In this document: positions 48,061 to 64,000 of the stretch, piece after piece
How positions within the stretch are numbered: the stretch's first letter is position 1
Layout: each line of letters opens with the position of its first letter
DNA from: the human T2T-CHM13v2.0 reference genome, Homo sapiens
DNA length: 64,000 nt
Assembly (NCBI RefSeq): GCF_009914755.1
Contig: NC_060932.1
Reading direction: 5' to 3' (one strand)
The notes under the pieces: model-generated
Told to the model about the DNA's origin: nothing
Seen by the model: only the letters and a program-made list of their open reading frames with translations
The model's database searches: none
Made by a program: the position numbers and the translations under genes

Positions 48061-51000
48061 CCTGGTAAAGGATTTTAAGGACTTTCTATTGGCCGGAAGC
48101 TGGAAAATGGAGTTTGCCATTCTCTGACCATAGCCATTTTGAAGGCTGAAAAGTATGCCCTTGAGAAGTGGCCTATTTTATTTTTGCAGGGGAATACTGA
48201 GGTTAATTTTTCTTATGGAGCGTTCCTAGATTAGAAGGGCTTGAAGCGTGTTAATGCCTTGAAGTTTCCTTGTCGCTGACTTAGCTGTCTGATCAGCTAA
48301 CCTATATTTTTTGGCTACCTTATCTGTTTCCTTTTGATGTTACTCAGAGTGCATTTTTGCTATTTTTTTGTGATAGAAAAACTGAGGATAATAGCCTGCT
48401 AATTTTTTGGTGACATTTTATAGGAGATTTATTGGTGGTAAGAAAATGTGTTTCCTTTTAAATGGCAGCATGAGCATGGAGAGCTATGAAAGCATACTTA
48501 GTGTTAGTATAAATGTTAGCTATTTTTCCCTTGCTTAATTCAAGTGCTCTTGTCAGAGCTATTAGATTAGCTATTTGAGTGCCTGTGCCTGGGGAGAGTG
48601 ACTACTGTTTATTCAGCCTTACGCACTTCTTGCTTTAACCACTGTTTGTTAGCTAAGAAGAGCTCCCCCTAGAGGACAGTAATCCTGCCACTTTATGTGG
48701 CGTGCACATAGTTAAATTATTTCCTAGGGTTAACTTGGAGGCTTTTTTGAATAGTAGAACTATCATGACAATGGCTTGGAAGCATGTGTTAATAGGTCCT
48801 CTTAACTGCAAATAAAGTTGAGAAAAATATTGGATTAGAGTTTTCCTTGAGATGCCCCTTACAGTCATGCTATGGGAAGAGGGGAGGCCTGGATTAGAGA
48901 CGAGAAAAGAGAGAGACTGGCTCTAGTGTTTAGAAGGAGGTCTACTTTCCTTTCTTTAATTTCCAGAATTAGCTGGGGCTCCTGTGCTATAATGGCAGTT
49001 TGAGCTGCTGGAGCTGGGGCTTGAGCCCCGGGACCCATTAGTCCTGCTGGACCATCTGTGAGACTGTTTCTGAACCCAGTAACCTCCACCTCTGGGGGCA
49101 GTTTCATCTCCAGTGGTTTGTGCCACAAACTAGACAGGTTTGAGGTGGCTTCATCTTGCTGCCTGGGCATTCCTTCTTAAAATGCCCTGGCCTGCCACAC
49201 TAATAGCAATTAGCCGATGCACCTGGGGGATCCTGGACTTTGCAAGCCTGCTAAGCTGCTGCTAGAGACTTTGTCCTTTTTCTGAGCTTTCTTTCTTTTG
49301 GGCCTCCTTCTGGTCCCTATTATAAAAGACTGAAGTGGCCACCTTCAGGAAGTTCTCTAAGGTGCTATTTGGTCCTATAGCTTGCTTCTGTAGTTTTCTT
49401 CTAATATTGGGAGCTGCCTGTGTAATAAACTTGTCCTTCAGGATGAGCTGTCCCTTGACTGAATTAGGGGATAAAGAGGCGTGTTCTATTAGTGCTTCTC
49501 TCAGCCTTTCCATAAAGGCTACAAGATTCTCATTTGGCTTTTGGTTTATTATAGATAGTTTAGAGTAATTGAGTGGTTGGTCCTGGTTTTTCATAGGCCT
49601 TCTAAAATGCATATTAAAAAGTGCTTTCTTTTCCATCTAGCTCCTGAGCTATTGGGGTTTCAGTTAGAGTTGTCTACTGGAACTGCTTCCCTCCCAATTG
49701 GGAATGGTGTTTCTACTACTTTTTCACTTTCCCAATCTGCTTTCTTACCTTTTGGTGTATTATGGGAGATACACATTGTTCATTTTCAAAATTCTCTGCT
49801 GCTTGCAGAGCTGCCTGCTTTTCAGCTGCAGTGAGGGTCTGACTTAGGACCAATATGACATTACTTCTTATTTTGGAGAGCTTTTATATACCTATCAGGG
49901 TCATCAGAAAATCAGCCTAAGTCTCCCTTTATTTGCTTAAGGTCCTATAATCAGAAGCGAACTTGAAGGGGCCCCAACTAAGGGGGATCCTTAGATGGTT
50001 CCCCTGGAAATTGCTTTTTTAATTTTGGGGAACTATTTTCCTTGGGCCTGCCTGATATGATTGCTCAAAGAGCTGGGTTGATCTTACAATGCTTGTAAAG
50101 GTTTAGTAAAAATGCTATGCCCTTGTGGAAAAGAAAATGAGTTGCTTTTTTCTTCAATGTTCTGAGGTTAAGGAAGTGCCAGTGTTTCCGAGTGCATTCC
50201 AGAGGGGTGCAAGCTGAAGATAATTTGTTACCCATTTAGAAAAAGAAAAGAGAATAAAAGCGTCCTCTTATTCTCCTTCCTTTCCATATGACCCAGAGTG
50301 GAGGAGAAGACAGGGAGCATCCTCGGACATTTTTCCTTCCCTGGTTTCTGGATCCTGGCCCCATGTTAAATGTGCCACCCATGGTTGAAGGCATGGTCCT
50401 TCAAACCATGGAATCAGATGAGCTAAGCAATGGGACTAACCACGCTTTACCCATGCAACCTTAGCTTCTCTGCCTTGTGTGATTCCCCTCTGACTTCCTA
50501 AAGCTGTGTGATCCTCCTGGCTCCCCGAAAAATGGATCTCGGGAGAGACTGTGTCACCTTTGGGCAAGGCTCCTTTAATGTAGGCAATGTGCTAGATTGC
50601 CTGCTATTATGGCCCGTGCTAAAGCATTTACCCTTAAAAAAAATGGTTCCGGTTATCTTCTGAATTTAAAATCCCCTTACTAATTAAGTACTATCTTAAT
50701 TGGAGACAGAATAGGTGCCTTAAAAGAATGTAGCAACTGAATGGCCATTTTCCTGCTGATGGGACAATATCCAGACTAAAATTTGGCTGTGGAAGACATC
50801 TTACTCCTAACTGTTGCAGCAAAGGACCGGCAATGTGTCTTATGAAGAGGATTTCTATTTCCACTAGATGAAGCGCTGTTGGCTCAGAAATACCATGTGC
50901 TCATTAGCAGTGAGTGACCTCACTGTGGGTGAAAGGCGAGAACTCTCTTCCTAGAAGGTTGCAATGGCATTTTTCCTGAGCTATATCCCCAGTCTACAGC

Positions 51001-51197
51001 ATTTCCTGATCTTGCCTAACAGGATTATTTCGCTAGCCCATAAAAGTTCCCACACATTCGACACACACACAGAGAGTAAGAGACTACAGATAGAGAAGAA
51101 AAGTTTGGCGACAGGATAGCTGGAGGAGAGCCTTGAAATTAAAGGACAGATTTAAGGTGGAAGTTCGCTCCTAATACTCACCACTCCGATGAATGAA

Positions 51198-51215
51198 TTC
51201 TCGGCCCATGAACCA
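51198..51215 (-). promoter_or_regulatory. Retroviral primer-binding site, tRNA-Gly-like
   Basis: Minus strand reads TGGTTCATGGGCCGAGAA, 3 nt after the LTR-terminal CA; 16/18 match to the recalled complement of a tRNA-Gly(GCC) 3' end, TGGTGCATGGGCCGGGAA. Confidence 0.75.
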
Positions 51216-51711
51216 AAATGATACAGCTCTGATAAATGAAGGAATGGGGGGCTCGGAACAAAGAGGAACCCCGGGTGCAGCAAAGAAGTAGTTGCTTATA
51301 TTGGGAAGCTAAAGGAGGCAGTATCTAATTTACGTAGGGCCCAGGGGATTGGTTTAACCAGGTGTATCATCCACATAGCCCATGAGAAACCTGGCCCTCC
51401 TACCTTAGCCCTTTAATATGCAAATGTGGGTCACCACACTGTTTTATCACATGGTGTTATCTAAAGGTGGCCATAATACTTGGCACATCTGGTAACAAGA
51501 AGGAAAAGGTGGGACTCGCCATGTTAAGTGGACCCAGATTTTAATCATCAGCATTTGCATATCAAAGCTTGCTGGCCTGGCCCTTCCTGTTGCGTTTTCT
51601 GTTAAGTAAGAAATGTTTCAGGGGGTTGTTTCTTATTACAGGAAAATTTGCACCAAGAACCTTTACCCTTTCTAGTGGCCTAAAAACTGTTTCTTAATAA
51701 CTCCTGTATTA

Positions 51712-52290
51712 TTGCCATGAACGTTGGTGTACAAATATTTTTATGAGTCTGCACTTTCAATTTTTGTAGGTATATACCCAAAAGTAGAAGGTTAGCTCGT
51801 ATGGTAATTCTATGTTTAACTTTTTGAAGAGCTGTCATACTGTTTTCCACAGCAGCTGCACCATGTTCCATTCCCATTAGTAATGCACAAGGACTTCAGT
51901 TTCTTCCCGTTCTCACCAACAATTGTTATATTCAGTTTGTTTTATTAATAATAGTAATTCTAATGGGTGTGAAGTGGTATCATCTTGTAGGTTTGATTTT
52001 CATTTCCTTAATGATTAGTGATGTTGAGTGTCTTCTCCTGTGCTTATTTCTCATCTGTAGGTCTTCTTTGGAGAAATGTCTGTTCAAGTCCTTTGCCCAT
52101 CTTTTAACTGCACTGTTGTTTTTGTTGCTATTGTTGTTATAGAGACTGGGGATTTCTTTATGTATTCTGGATATTAATTCCTTATCTGATATATGATTTG
52201 CAAATACTTTCTTCCATTCTGTGTGTTGCCATTTTACTCAGTTGATTGTGTCCACTGATGCACAATAGTTTCTAATTTTATGTTGGCTTT
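51712..52290 (-). mobile_element. L1M-type ORF2 3' fragment
   Basis: gggtgtgaagtggtatc...tgttcaagtcctttgccca L1 antisense motifs. Confidence 0.8.
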
Positions 52291-53213
52291 TCTGTGTATC
52301 CAGTTATAGTTTAGTCCATTCATCAAAAGCCACATTCACAAATTCCTTAAAAAATAGGCACCTTTACTCTGGGAGGCTTGCCAAGCTTCTGAGTGACAAC
52401 TCCCTTAATATTAGAAACCGTTTTGTATAACTAAAGGGTGTCTACTAAGTACAATCTTAAATCTCTCAAAGGCCTCAACAAAATGTACTATAGTTACACC
52501 CTTGATGTGAGATAGTTTCTTACTTTGAGTGTGAATGGCTGGAGATAAGGATTCTCCTTACAATCGGAACAGTTTGTTCCTTTAGCATAACTCTTTCTTC
52601 TTTTACTTTATCAAAAACAGCAAATATAAGCTAATTGACACACTTAACACTCTGATTTTAAATTATTTTGCCAAAGTTCACAAATTGATTAGGTACATTT
52701 AAAATTTTTTTTCGAAGACTACACATTGGGTACAGAGTACACTGCTCAGGTGATGGGTGAACCTAAATCTCAGAAATCACCACTAAATAACTTAATTATG
52801 TAACCAGACACCACCCTTTGCAAGTAAACTCTCAGGATTTTAGTTCCAGCAAATGAAGGCAAAAGTGACTAATCAGAGCAAATGAGACTCAGCCAGGTGC
52901 ATCAGTCGCAGGGTGCATGAGCCTCATCCAGCTGGCACAGAGCACTGCTTCTGTGACCACCAAGCTGCAGACAAACCAGCAGACTGCAAAGAACTACATC
53001 ACTTAGAAGCTGATAGAAGTCTTATTATTGTGATAGATTATGCTGAAACATTGAGCCTTACTGTAATTAATCATTTCATATAATTTTCACAATGACAGTA
53101 AAATCCTGTCACAAGTGGCACTGTCAACTTTTCTGCTTTTCTATGTGCATTCCCTTTTCCTCACATTGACATTCAAATTACAGAGTCTCCTTCGTCTAAA
53201 GGAGCTGTCCTAT

Positions 53214-53852
53214 TGAAGCAGCATCCTTGCCTGGGGAAATACCCGAGGTTTGTCGTCTCGTTCTGAGATTAATGACATGGACACACACACATGGAATGGG
53301 TTAAGGAGCAGGAAGTTAAATAGGCAGAAGAAAGGAGAGAGGAGAGCAGCTTGCTCTTTGTTATGAGAGAGAGATGTCCAAAAGGGAAAAGTCGGCCGGC
53401 GGCGGACTGCTCCAGATCTTATAGGCAGGATGGAGGAGGCAGTGTTGGATTTCCGTAGGCCCCACAGTTTGGTTTGATCAGGTGTAATGTTTACATGGTG
53501 CCCAGGGAAGGCTGGTTGCCCTGCCCTAATCTTATTATGCTAATGGACTTTCTACTTGGCCAGCGCCATCTTGTCTGCTCCTTACTGTACGTGTGGCTGG
53601 CAAAGAGAAGATGGAGCTGCCATTTTGAACATGCCTATTCCCAGGAGGCCTTTTCCTATTGGCACAACTGCCGGCATTCGCCTGTGCAAGCTTCTAGCTT
53701 GCTTGTCTATGTCTGCAGCTTGATTTTACAGGCTGATGTTTGTTAGAAAAGAAAATGATTTTGGAGTTGCTTTTCATTAAAAGGAAAACCTTACTGAGGA
53801 CTCCCGTACCCTCAGTATCTGCCTAAGTAATTTCTTCTTAACTCCTATATAA
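53214..53852 (-). mobile_element. ERV1-class solo LTR, same family as 28621-29537
   Basis: Reverse complement begins ...ataggagttaagaagaaattacttaggcag and ends gctgcttca. Confidence 0.85.
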
Positions 53853-55421
53853 CCAGCTCGCTAATGGGACCAATTCATTTGACCTGCACTGCAGTACAGC
53901 CACAGAGCTGAGTAATATGTATAGGATCCAGGGGGAATGAGCCCTCCCAGCTGGCCCCTCCTGCCATTTGATTCAGAGATGAGAGTTCCTCTTTCTTTTG
54001 ACTTAGGCTGATTTATAGAAAAAAAGCACATTCCAGAATAATTAAGTAAAGTATTAGCCAGATAGTCTTCAGCTGCTGGCTTGGATTATATAACAACTCG
54101 CTAATTCTAGAAGCTAAGGAACAGAAGGCCAGCATTTTCTCTGATTTCCTATAGTTTTAATGCTTTTCCACTCTCCCCTTCCCTTCTCCCAGCCCACTGT
54201 CCCACCACTTCACTGCATATGCCTTTGAAAGTCTATGTGGATCATATTCTTTAGCTATTTTGATTATCTTGGGTGCTTCTGCTTACACTGCCATGTATCC
54301 TGGCCTCATAAAATATTCACTTTACGTGACCCTTGCTTGCTGCCTTTAACACACTCACCATAGAACTCTTGCAGAGACAAAATTCCAGGAAAAGCACCTG
54401 CAACTGTTAGTGCGTTAAACCAGTATTCCGAGATGACTAAATGCATTGCTTCTGCCGTAGAAGAAAATGCTGGGGTGAAGCGAGAGCACAGGTGAAAGAC
54501 CTGGTTTTCCTTAAATGGATAAAGCCTCAGAGGCTTTTATATTCTTGGAGGACCCAGTCCTGATTCTTCTGATCATTTTTCAAATCAACTTAATGAATAT
54601 GAGATGGGCTGTACATTAAACTGATATAACAGGTAAATATCACCTGCATTTAGCATGGGCAGCTGATATAGGGCAACTGTTTTCTGTGATTGTAAAGAAT
54701 TTGTAAGGGGAGTAAAAATGTGGGCCGGATTTCTGAATGAGATTTACGTTCTGCTCTCACTCTTGACCCGCTGCCACAATAAACACGGGGAGATATTTTT
54801 AAGCTCTCATGAGTAAAAGCAATGCCAACTGCTATGGATTGCTTTTGGTAGAATTTTGGGTAATTTCGCATTACAAATGTTTCCTCTACTTACGCCTTCC
54901 TTAAAAGATAACTAAATGCCAAGCCCACTGGAATAAACATGCAGAGTAAAGAGCTACATATACCCCAACATATTGTTTTTTCCAAAGCTACAAGCCTACG
55001 TCAGATGCTTTGTACCCCACACTGCTGTCCAAGTGAAGCCTCCTTCCTCTATCTTCCAAGTACAGCCCAAACCCTAAATATGACCTTTAAAAGGACCCTT
55101 TACAAAGTGGGTGTTTAAAGTGAATAAAATGTCATCTAATCATCTATTCCTTTTGCCTTAAGCTGCAGAGTCATCCACGTTTGCTATTTCCTTCAAGTCT
55201 ACTTTCTTTTCCTAAACACCGGAAGCTTCAGAGCCACTCACGCATTGCAGTAATTCTGCTGGCTCAGGGTAAAAAATAAGGCCTTTTCTGTGTTGATGAA
55301 ATCAGGCCGGTTCCTCAGTAGGATCTGTGGTCTAGGGTGACCCTGGAGAGACATGAATTTCTAATTTTTATACTTTACTCAAATTTCATAAATTATTTTT
55401 ATTTCAAAATCCAGTGCTTTA

Positions 55422-55732
<311 letters not shown>

Positions 55733-56083
55733 TCATAATGAATTGATTAGGTGCCTAAGGGTATCGGGGAACCTGCCCCGATATTCACGTAGGTTCTTTT
55801 CTATTTTCCTTAAGCGTTGGCCAGCTTGATCTCCATTCATATTATATGGTATTTCATTCATGGCTTCTCTGGGAGAGAAGCACTGAGTTGTACCTCTCAG
55901 TCAGCCAACAACACTCCCGCTTGTGATGTTCCCGTATAATAATGAGAAAAGAGGCTCCCATGGGTATCCCACACACGTGCATAAAAGAAATGCCTTCAAA
56001 GTGAAAATGATGCCACGCTACACCTAGTGTAGGATCACCTGGGTTAGCTGGGGAAAAAAATGCTTCAGTGTCTGTAGTCATGA

Positions 56084-56437
<354 letters not shown>

Positions 56438-56730
56438 TACAAGCAATTTTTACATACTCCATGCTTAAGTTGAGATGTTGCCTCTACTTTCTTTCTTTCT
56501 TTCCAGGAGTGTCAGCAGCTATAGTGAAGTTTCAAGAAGGGGGAATGCTGTCGGGACTGAGCAGGCAATGGCCTAAAAACAATAAAAAGCCCTACTAAAA
56601 GCTGGTTTTCTTTTTATTATTATCCTGTACTGACAATTCTTAGTAATATCAGTGATGAAATAAATCACTGGGGAAGACCTCTCCCACACCAGCCCCTAGT
56701 TGATATGGCACTGTGAAAGCACTCCAATAT

Positions 56731-57033
56731 CTTTCTTTCTTTTTTTCTTTTTTGAGACGGAGTCTTGCTCTGTCACCCAGGCTGGAGTGAAGTGGCGCAA
56801 CCTCGGCTCACTGCAAGCTCCGCCTCCCGGGTTCAGGCCATTCTCCTGCCTCAGCCTCCCAAGTAGCTCGGACTACAGGCACCCGCCACCACACCCGACT
56901 AATTTTTTGTAGTTTTAGTAGAGATGGAGTTTCACTGTGTTAGCCAGGATGGTCTCCATCTCCTGACCTCGTGATCCGCCCGTCTTGTCCTCTCAAAGTG
57001 CTGGGATTATAGGCGTGAGCCACTGCACCCGGC
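56731..57033 (-). mobile_element. AluY-like element
   Basis: TSD tcc(a/g)atatctttctt. Confidence 0.93.
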
Positions 57034-57689
57034 TTCCGATATCTTTCTTAGGAAGGATACATCATCATTTAAATAATGAAAGCAATATATATTCACTGTA
57101 GAACATCCAGAAAAATTTGAAAAAATATTTTTAGGAGAGAATCAAAATTCACATTAACTCCACCACTTATTGATAATCATAGATCTTTATGTCATTATTA
57201 CTTTTTATTATTAAAAGTAATTCTGCCATATATATCCTTGTTACATATATTTCTTTTGACATTTGTGATTTTTTTGGGGAAGTACATTCTTGAAAGTTTA
57301 ACTTTTTAAAAAGCATCAAATATATATCATCATGTCCTTAAAAAGTATTTATCAATTTATAATTCCTAGATTAGTGTACACCTCTCCCAACACAAAACTT
57401 TATCATGAAAAATAAATCCTGATTATTTAATTGGCAAAACTTTTTTGAGTTTTCCAATTGTTTTGTTACTACGTTTAATAGGTCACTACTTTTTTCAGGA
57501 TAATAGTCATTTCCTCATTGCTCTCTTAGCTTCTGATAACAAGCAGCTCACCATTTCTCTAGCCTTTGCTAGAGAAGAGCTCCCCTGATGCATCTGGAAC
57601 CCTGGGTTGCTTTCTTAGACTGAGAGTAGTCACACATATTTGTGGTGCTTGTTATCATAGCACCTTACTTACAAGCACCAATTTTAAAT

Positions 57690-58710
57690 ACTCTAATACT
57701 CTGTAAAGAACCACCACAAAAAAGTGGCTTAATGCAAAAGCCATTTATTTAGCTAATAATTTTGCTAGATATTTCTTTTGGTCTGTATGTGGCTTGGCTG
57801 GGAAGTTCTGCTTGTCTCAGCTGGGCTCATTAATGCTTCTGAAATCAGCTTCTAGTCAAAAAGGTGTCTTTGATTCTGGAAGTTGGCTAAATATTAGATA
57901 GGGTCACTGGGCTTTGTGTTTTGTGTCTTCTAGGCGGGTAGGCCAGGCTTCTTCACATAACAAGTGTTGCAGGGATCCCACAGTGTCAAGAGAGAGAAAT
58001 CCAGTGCTCAAACACTTTACCATCTTTGCATGTGTCACCTTTGCTGCTGTTCCACTAGCCAAAGAAACAGAATGTTCATCCTCCTGTCAAAACCCCCACT
58101 ACCCTTCCCAGCCTCTGGTTACCATCCTTCTACTCTCTGTGACCATTAGTTCAATTGTCTTGATTTTTCAATCCCACAAATAAGTGAGAACATGCGATGT
58201 TTGTCTTTCTGTTCTTGGCTTATTTAACTTAACACAATAATCTCCAGCATCCATGTTGCTCCAAATGACTGGATCTCATACTTTTTTTATGGCTGAGTAG
58301 TACTCCATTGTGTATATGCACCACATTTTCTTATGCATTTATCTCTTGATGGACCCTTCTAAATCTTAGTTATTGCAAACAGTGCTCCAAGAAACATAGG
58401 GATGCACTGATTTCCTTGCTTTTGGGTATATACCCAGCAGTGAGATTGCTGGATCATATGGTAGCTCAATTTTGAGTGTTTTTGAGGAAAGTGCAAACTA
58501 TTCTCCTCAGTGGTACATCCCCACTAGTACATCCCCACTAGCAGTGTACAAGGGTTTCCTTTTCTCTGCATCCTCTTCAGCATTTGTCATGTGATGAGCC
58601 TCTTATATATTGTGGTTATTAATCCCTTGTCAGATGGGCAGTTTGCAAATATTTTCTCCCATTCAATGGGTTGTCTCTTCACTTTGTTGATTGTATCTTT
58701 CAATGTGCAG
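57690..58710 (-). mobile_element. MLT1-like fragment (about 57690-58070) joined to an L1PB/MA-like 3' fragment (about 58075-58710)
   Basis: gtggcttaa...ccatttatttagct; cccagcctctggttaccatccttctactctct; ORF 58587-58802(-) RQPIEWEKIFAN. Confidence 0.7.
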
Positions 58711-58711
58711 G

Positions 58712-59003
<292 letters not shown>

Positions 59004-59420
59004 TTACTGGAAAAAGAAGAAATTAGAACATGTATTATAATATGTTGTGAAAAAGGATGTTTCTAACACAGTATACAGTATCATTTTAATGGTAATCCAC
59101 TCATTGAGGATTTTCCCACTTTCTCCACATACTGTTTTTCAGTGTAGGATTACATTTATAATGATATCCATTTTAGAAATTCAGTATTCAATTTTCATAA
59201 AAAAGAAATAGTACTACAAATTGAGTGCATTAAACATTGCCTAAAATCATGTTGTTATATATTTTTATTAAATCATTATTTGCATATTATCACTGATTTC
59301 CTGGATTTCAATTGGAGTGGATTCCTATGGCTACTTTAGAATATAGCATATTGTAAAATGAAAGAGATGTGAAATATTAATTATATCCACTAGTTTTTAA
59401 AAATAATTTATCTTTTTCAG

Positions 59421-59492
59421 TTTGATTACATGGGCTCTGATATAAACACTGTAACGCAGAAGGTTATTCAGATAATTGGCCTTGTTAACAGT
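59421..59492 (+). pseudogene. ADAM5: ADAM5 exon 8 (72 nt), FDYMGSDINTVTQKVIQIIGLVNS
   Basis: tctttttcag acceptor and GTAAGT donor at 59493; typical testis-ADAM sequence, in frame with exon 7. Confidence 0.93.
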
Positions 59493-59508
59493 GTAAGTTT
59501 TTAAAAAC

Positions 59509-61041
59509 TATTTTATTTTATTTATTTATTTTTTTAATTTTTAATTTTTTTAAAAGTATTTATTGATCATTCTTGGGTGTTTCTCGGAGAGGGGGATTTG
59601 GCAGGGTCACAGGACAATAGTGGAGGAAAGGTCGGCAGATAAACATGTGAACAAGGGTCTCTGGTTTTCCTAGGCAGAAGACCCTGCCGCCTTCCGCAGT
59701 GTTTGCGTCCCTGGGTACTGGAGATTAGGGAGTGGAGATGACTCTTAACGAGCATGCTGCCTTCAAGCATCTGTTTAACAAAGCACATCTTGCACCGCCC
59801 TTAATCCATTTAACCCTGAGTTGACACAGCACATGTTTCAGAGAGCACGGGGTTGGGGGTAAGGTTATAGATTAACAGCATCTCAAGGCAGAAGAATTTT
59901 TCTAAGTACAGAACAAAATGGAGTCTCCCATGTCTACTTCTTTCTACACAGACACCATAACAATCTGATTTCTCTTTCTTTTCCCCACATTTCCCCCTTT
60001 TTCTATTCGACAAAACCGCCATTGTCATCATGGCCCGTTCTGAATGAGCTGTTGGGTACACCTCCCAGACGGGGTGTCGGCCGGGCAGAGGGGCTCCTCA
60101 CTTCCCAGACAGGGCAGCCAGGCAGAGGCGCCCCCCACCTCCCGGACGGGGCAGCTGCTGGGTGGGGGCTGCCCACCACCTCCCTCCCAGACGGGGCGGC
60201 TGGCCGGGCGGGGGCTGCCCCCCACCTCCCTCCCGGATGGGGCGGCTGGCTGGGCGGGGTCTGCCCCCCACCTCCCTCCCGGATGGGGCGGCTGGCTGGG
60301 CGGGGGCTGCCCCCCATCTCCCGGATGGGGCGGCTGCTGGGCGGAGGGGCTCCTCACTTCCCAGATGGGGCGGCTGCCGGGCGGAGGGGCTCCTCACTTC
60401 TCAGACGGGGTGGCCGGGTGGAGATGCTCCTCACCTCCCAGACAGGGTGGCGGTTGGGCAGAGACACTCCTCAGTTCCCAGACGGGGTTGCCGCCGGGCA
60501 GAGGCGCTCCTCACATCCCAGACGGGGCGGCAGGGCAGAGGCGCTCCCCACATCTCAGACGATGGGCGGCCAGGCAGAGACGCTCCTCACTTCCCAGACG
60601 GGGTGGTAGCCGGGAAGAGGCGCTCCTCACTTCCCAGACTGGGCGGCTGGGCAGAGGGGCTCCTCACATCCCAGACGATGGTTGGCCAGGCAGAGACTCT
60701 CCTCACTTCCCAGACGGGATGGCGGCGGGGAAGAGGCGCTCCTCATTTCCCAGACTGGGCAGCAGGGCAGAGGGGCTCCTCACATCCCAGACTATGGGCG
60801 GCCAGGCAGAGACGCTCCTCACTTCCCAGACGGGGTGGCGGCCGGGCAGAGGCTGCAATCTCGGCACTTTCGGAGGCCAAGGCAGGCGGCTGGGAGGTGG
60901 AGGTTGTAGCGAGCGGAGATCACGCCACTGCACTCCAGCCTGGGCACCATTGAGCACTGAGTGAGCGAGACCCCGTCTGCAATCCCAGCACCTCGGGAGG
61001 CCGAGGCTGGCAGATCACTCCCGGTTAGGAGCTGGAGACCA
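59509..61041 (-). mobile_element. SVA retrotransposon, antisense and 5'-truncated (no CCCTCT hexamer); probably an older (A-C-like) subfamily
   Basis: T-rich tail 59509-59551; antisense AATAAA 59559-59564; SINE-R about 59560-60060; GC-rich VNTR about 60060-60850; Alu-like part ending at ...gagctggagacca. Confidence 0.96.
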
Positions 61042-63545
<2,504 letters not shown>

Positions 63546-64000
63546 GATATTATACATAATTCAGCCTTAAAAAACAAATACATTTTGTCATTTATGACAA
63601 CATGGATGAATCTGGAGAAGATTATGCTGAGTGAAATATAATCCAGGCACAGAAAACAAATTCTGCCTGATTTTACTTATAGGTAGAATCTAAAAAAGTC
63701 AAACTCATCAAAGTAGAGAGTAGAATGGTGGTTACCAGAGGCTGGGGGTGGGGAGTGGGGAATGGGGAATGGAAAGATACTGGTAAAAACGTACAAAAGT
63801 TTGGTTAGAAAAAAGAAATAATTTTAGAGTAAATTGCACAGTGCAGTGACTATAGTTAATAATAACATGTTGTATATTTCAATATTGCCAAAGAGCACAT
63901 TTTAAACATTCTCATCACAAAGAAATAATAAATACGTGAGGTGAGGGATATGCTAATTAGCGTGATTTATACATATATTGCAATATATACATGTATCGAA
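63546..64000 (+). mobile_element. L1MA/MB-like 3' end
   Basis: acaacatggatgaatctggag...agagtagaatggtggttaccagaggctggg. Confidence 0.85.

Larger units (their letters stand above)
46850..51711 (-). mobile_element. ERV1 (gammaretrovirus-like) provirus remnant: 5' LTR 51219-51711, tRNA-Gly PBS, gag-pro and partial pol; 3' LTR not seen; tentatively LTR25/HERVG25-like
   Basis: ORF 49262-49636(-) has a capsid major homology region (QKPNENLVAFMERLREAL); zinc knuckle CY*CGRPGHFKKEC at about 49170-49210; decayed protease LLNTRA; left boundary approximate. Confidence 0.85.

Noticed and set aside
60060-60850. Repeat-spacer-like pattern (ctcctcacttcccagacgggg) resembling a CRISPR array
   Set aside because: This is the SVA VNTR; the units are internally homologous and the DNA is primate

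Overview
Hominid (probably human) genomic DNA from the testis ADAM gene cluster (8p11.22 in human, from recall). Both genes are on the + strand. The first 6 kb holds the last three exons, stop codon and poly(A) signal of ADAM32. From 35.6 kb run the promoter and exons 1-8 of ADAM5 (tMDC II), which is visibly a pseudogene here: exon 3 has a 2-nt deletion and exon 6 has a 1-nt insertion. An antisense, 5'-truncated SVA sits about 17 bp after the exon 8 donor, has no target-site duplication (TSD) and is fused to a MaLR element missing one LTR, which suggests an insertion-associated deletion. Most of the rest is nested transposable elements: Alus, L1s, a near-full-length Hsmar2 mariner, two MaLR elements, an ERV1 provirus remnant with a tRNA-Gly primer site, and solo LTRs. 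Nearly all ORFs in the supplied track are repeat-derived or chance ORFs. I found no convincing novel biological system; the most interesting signals are the stepwise decay of ADAM5 and the exon duplication that built the ADAM32 tail. Repeat subfamily names come from recalled consensus sequences and are tentative.
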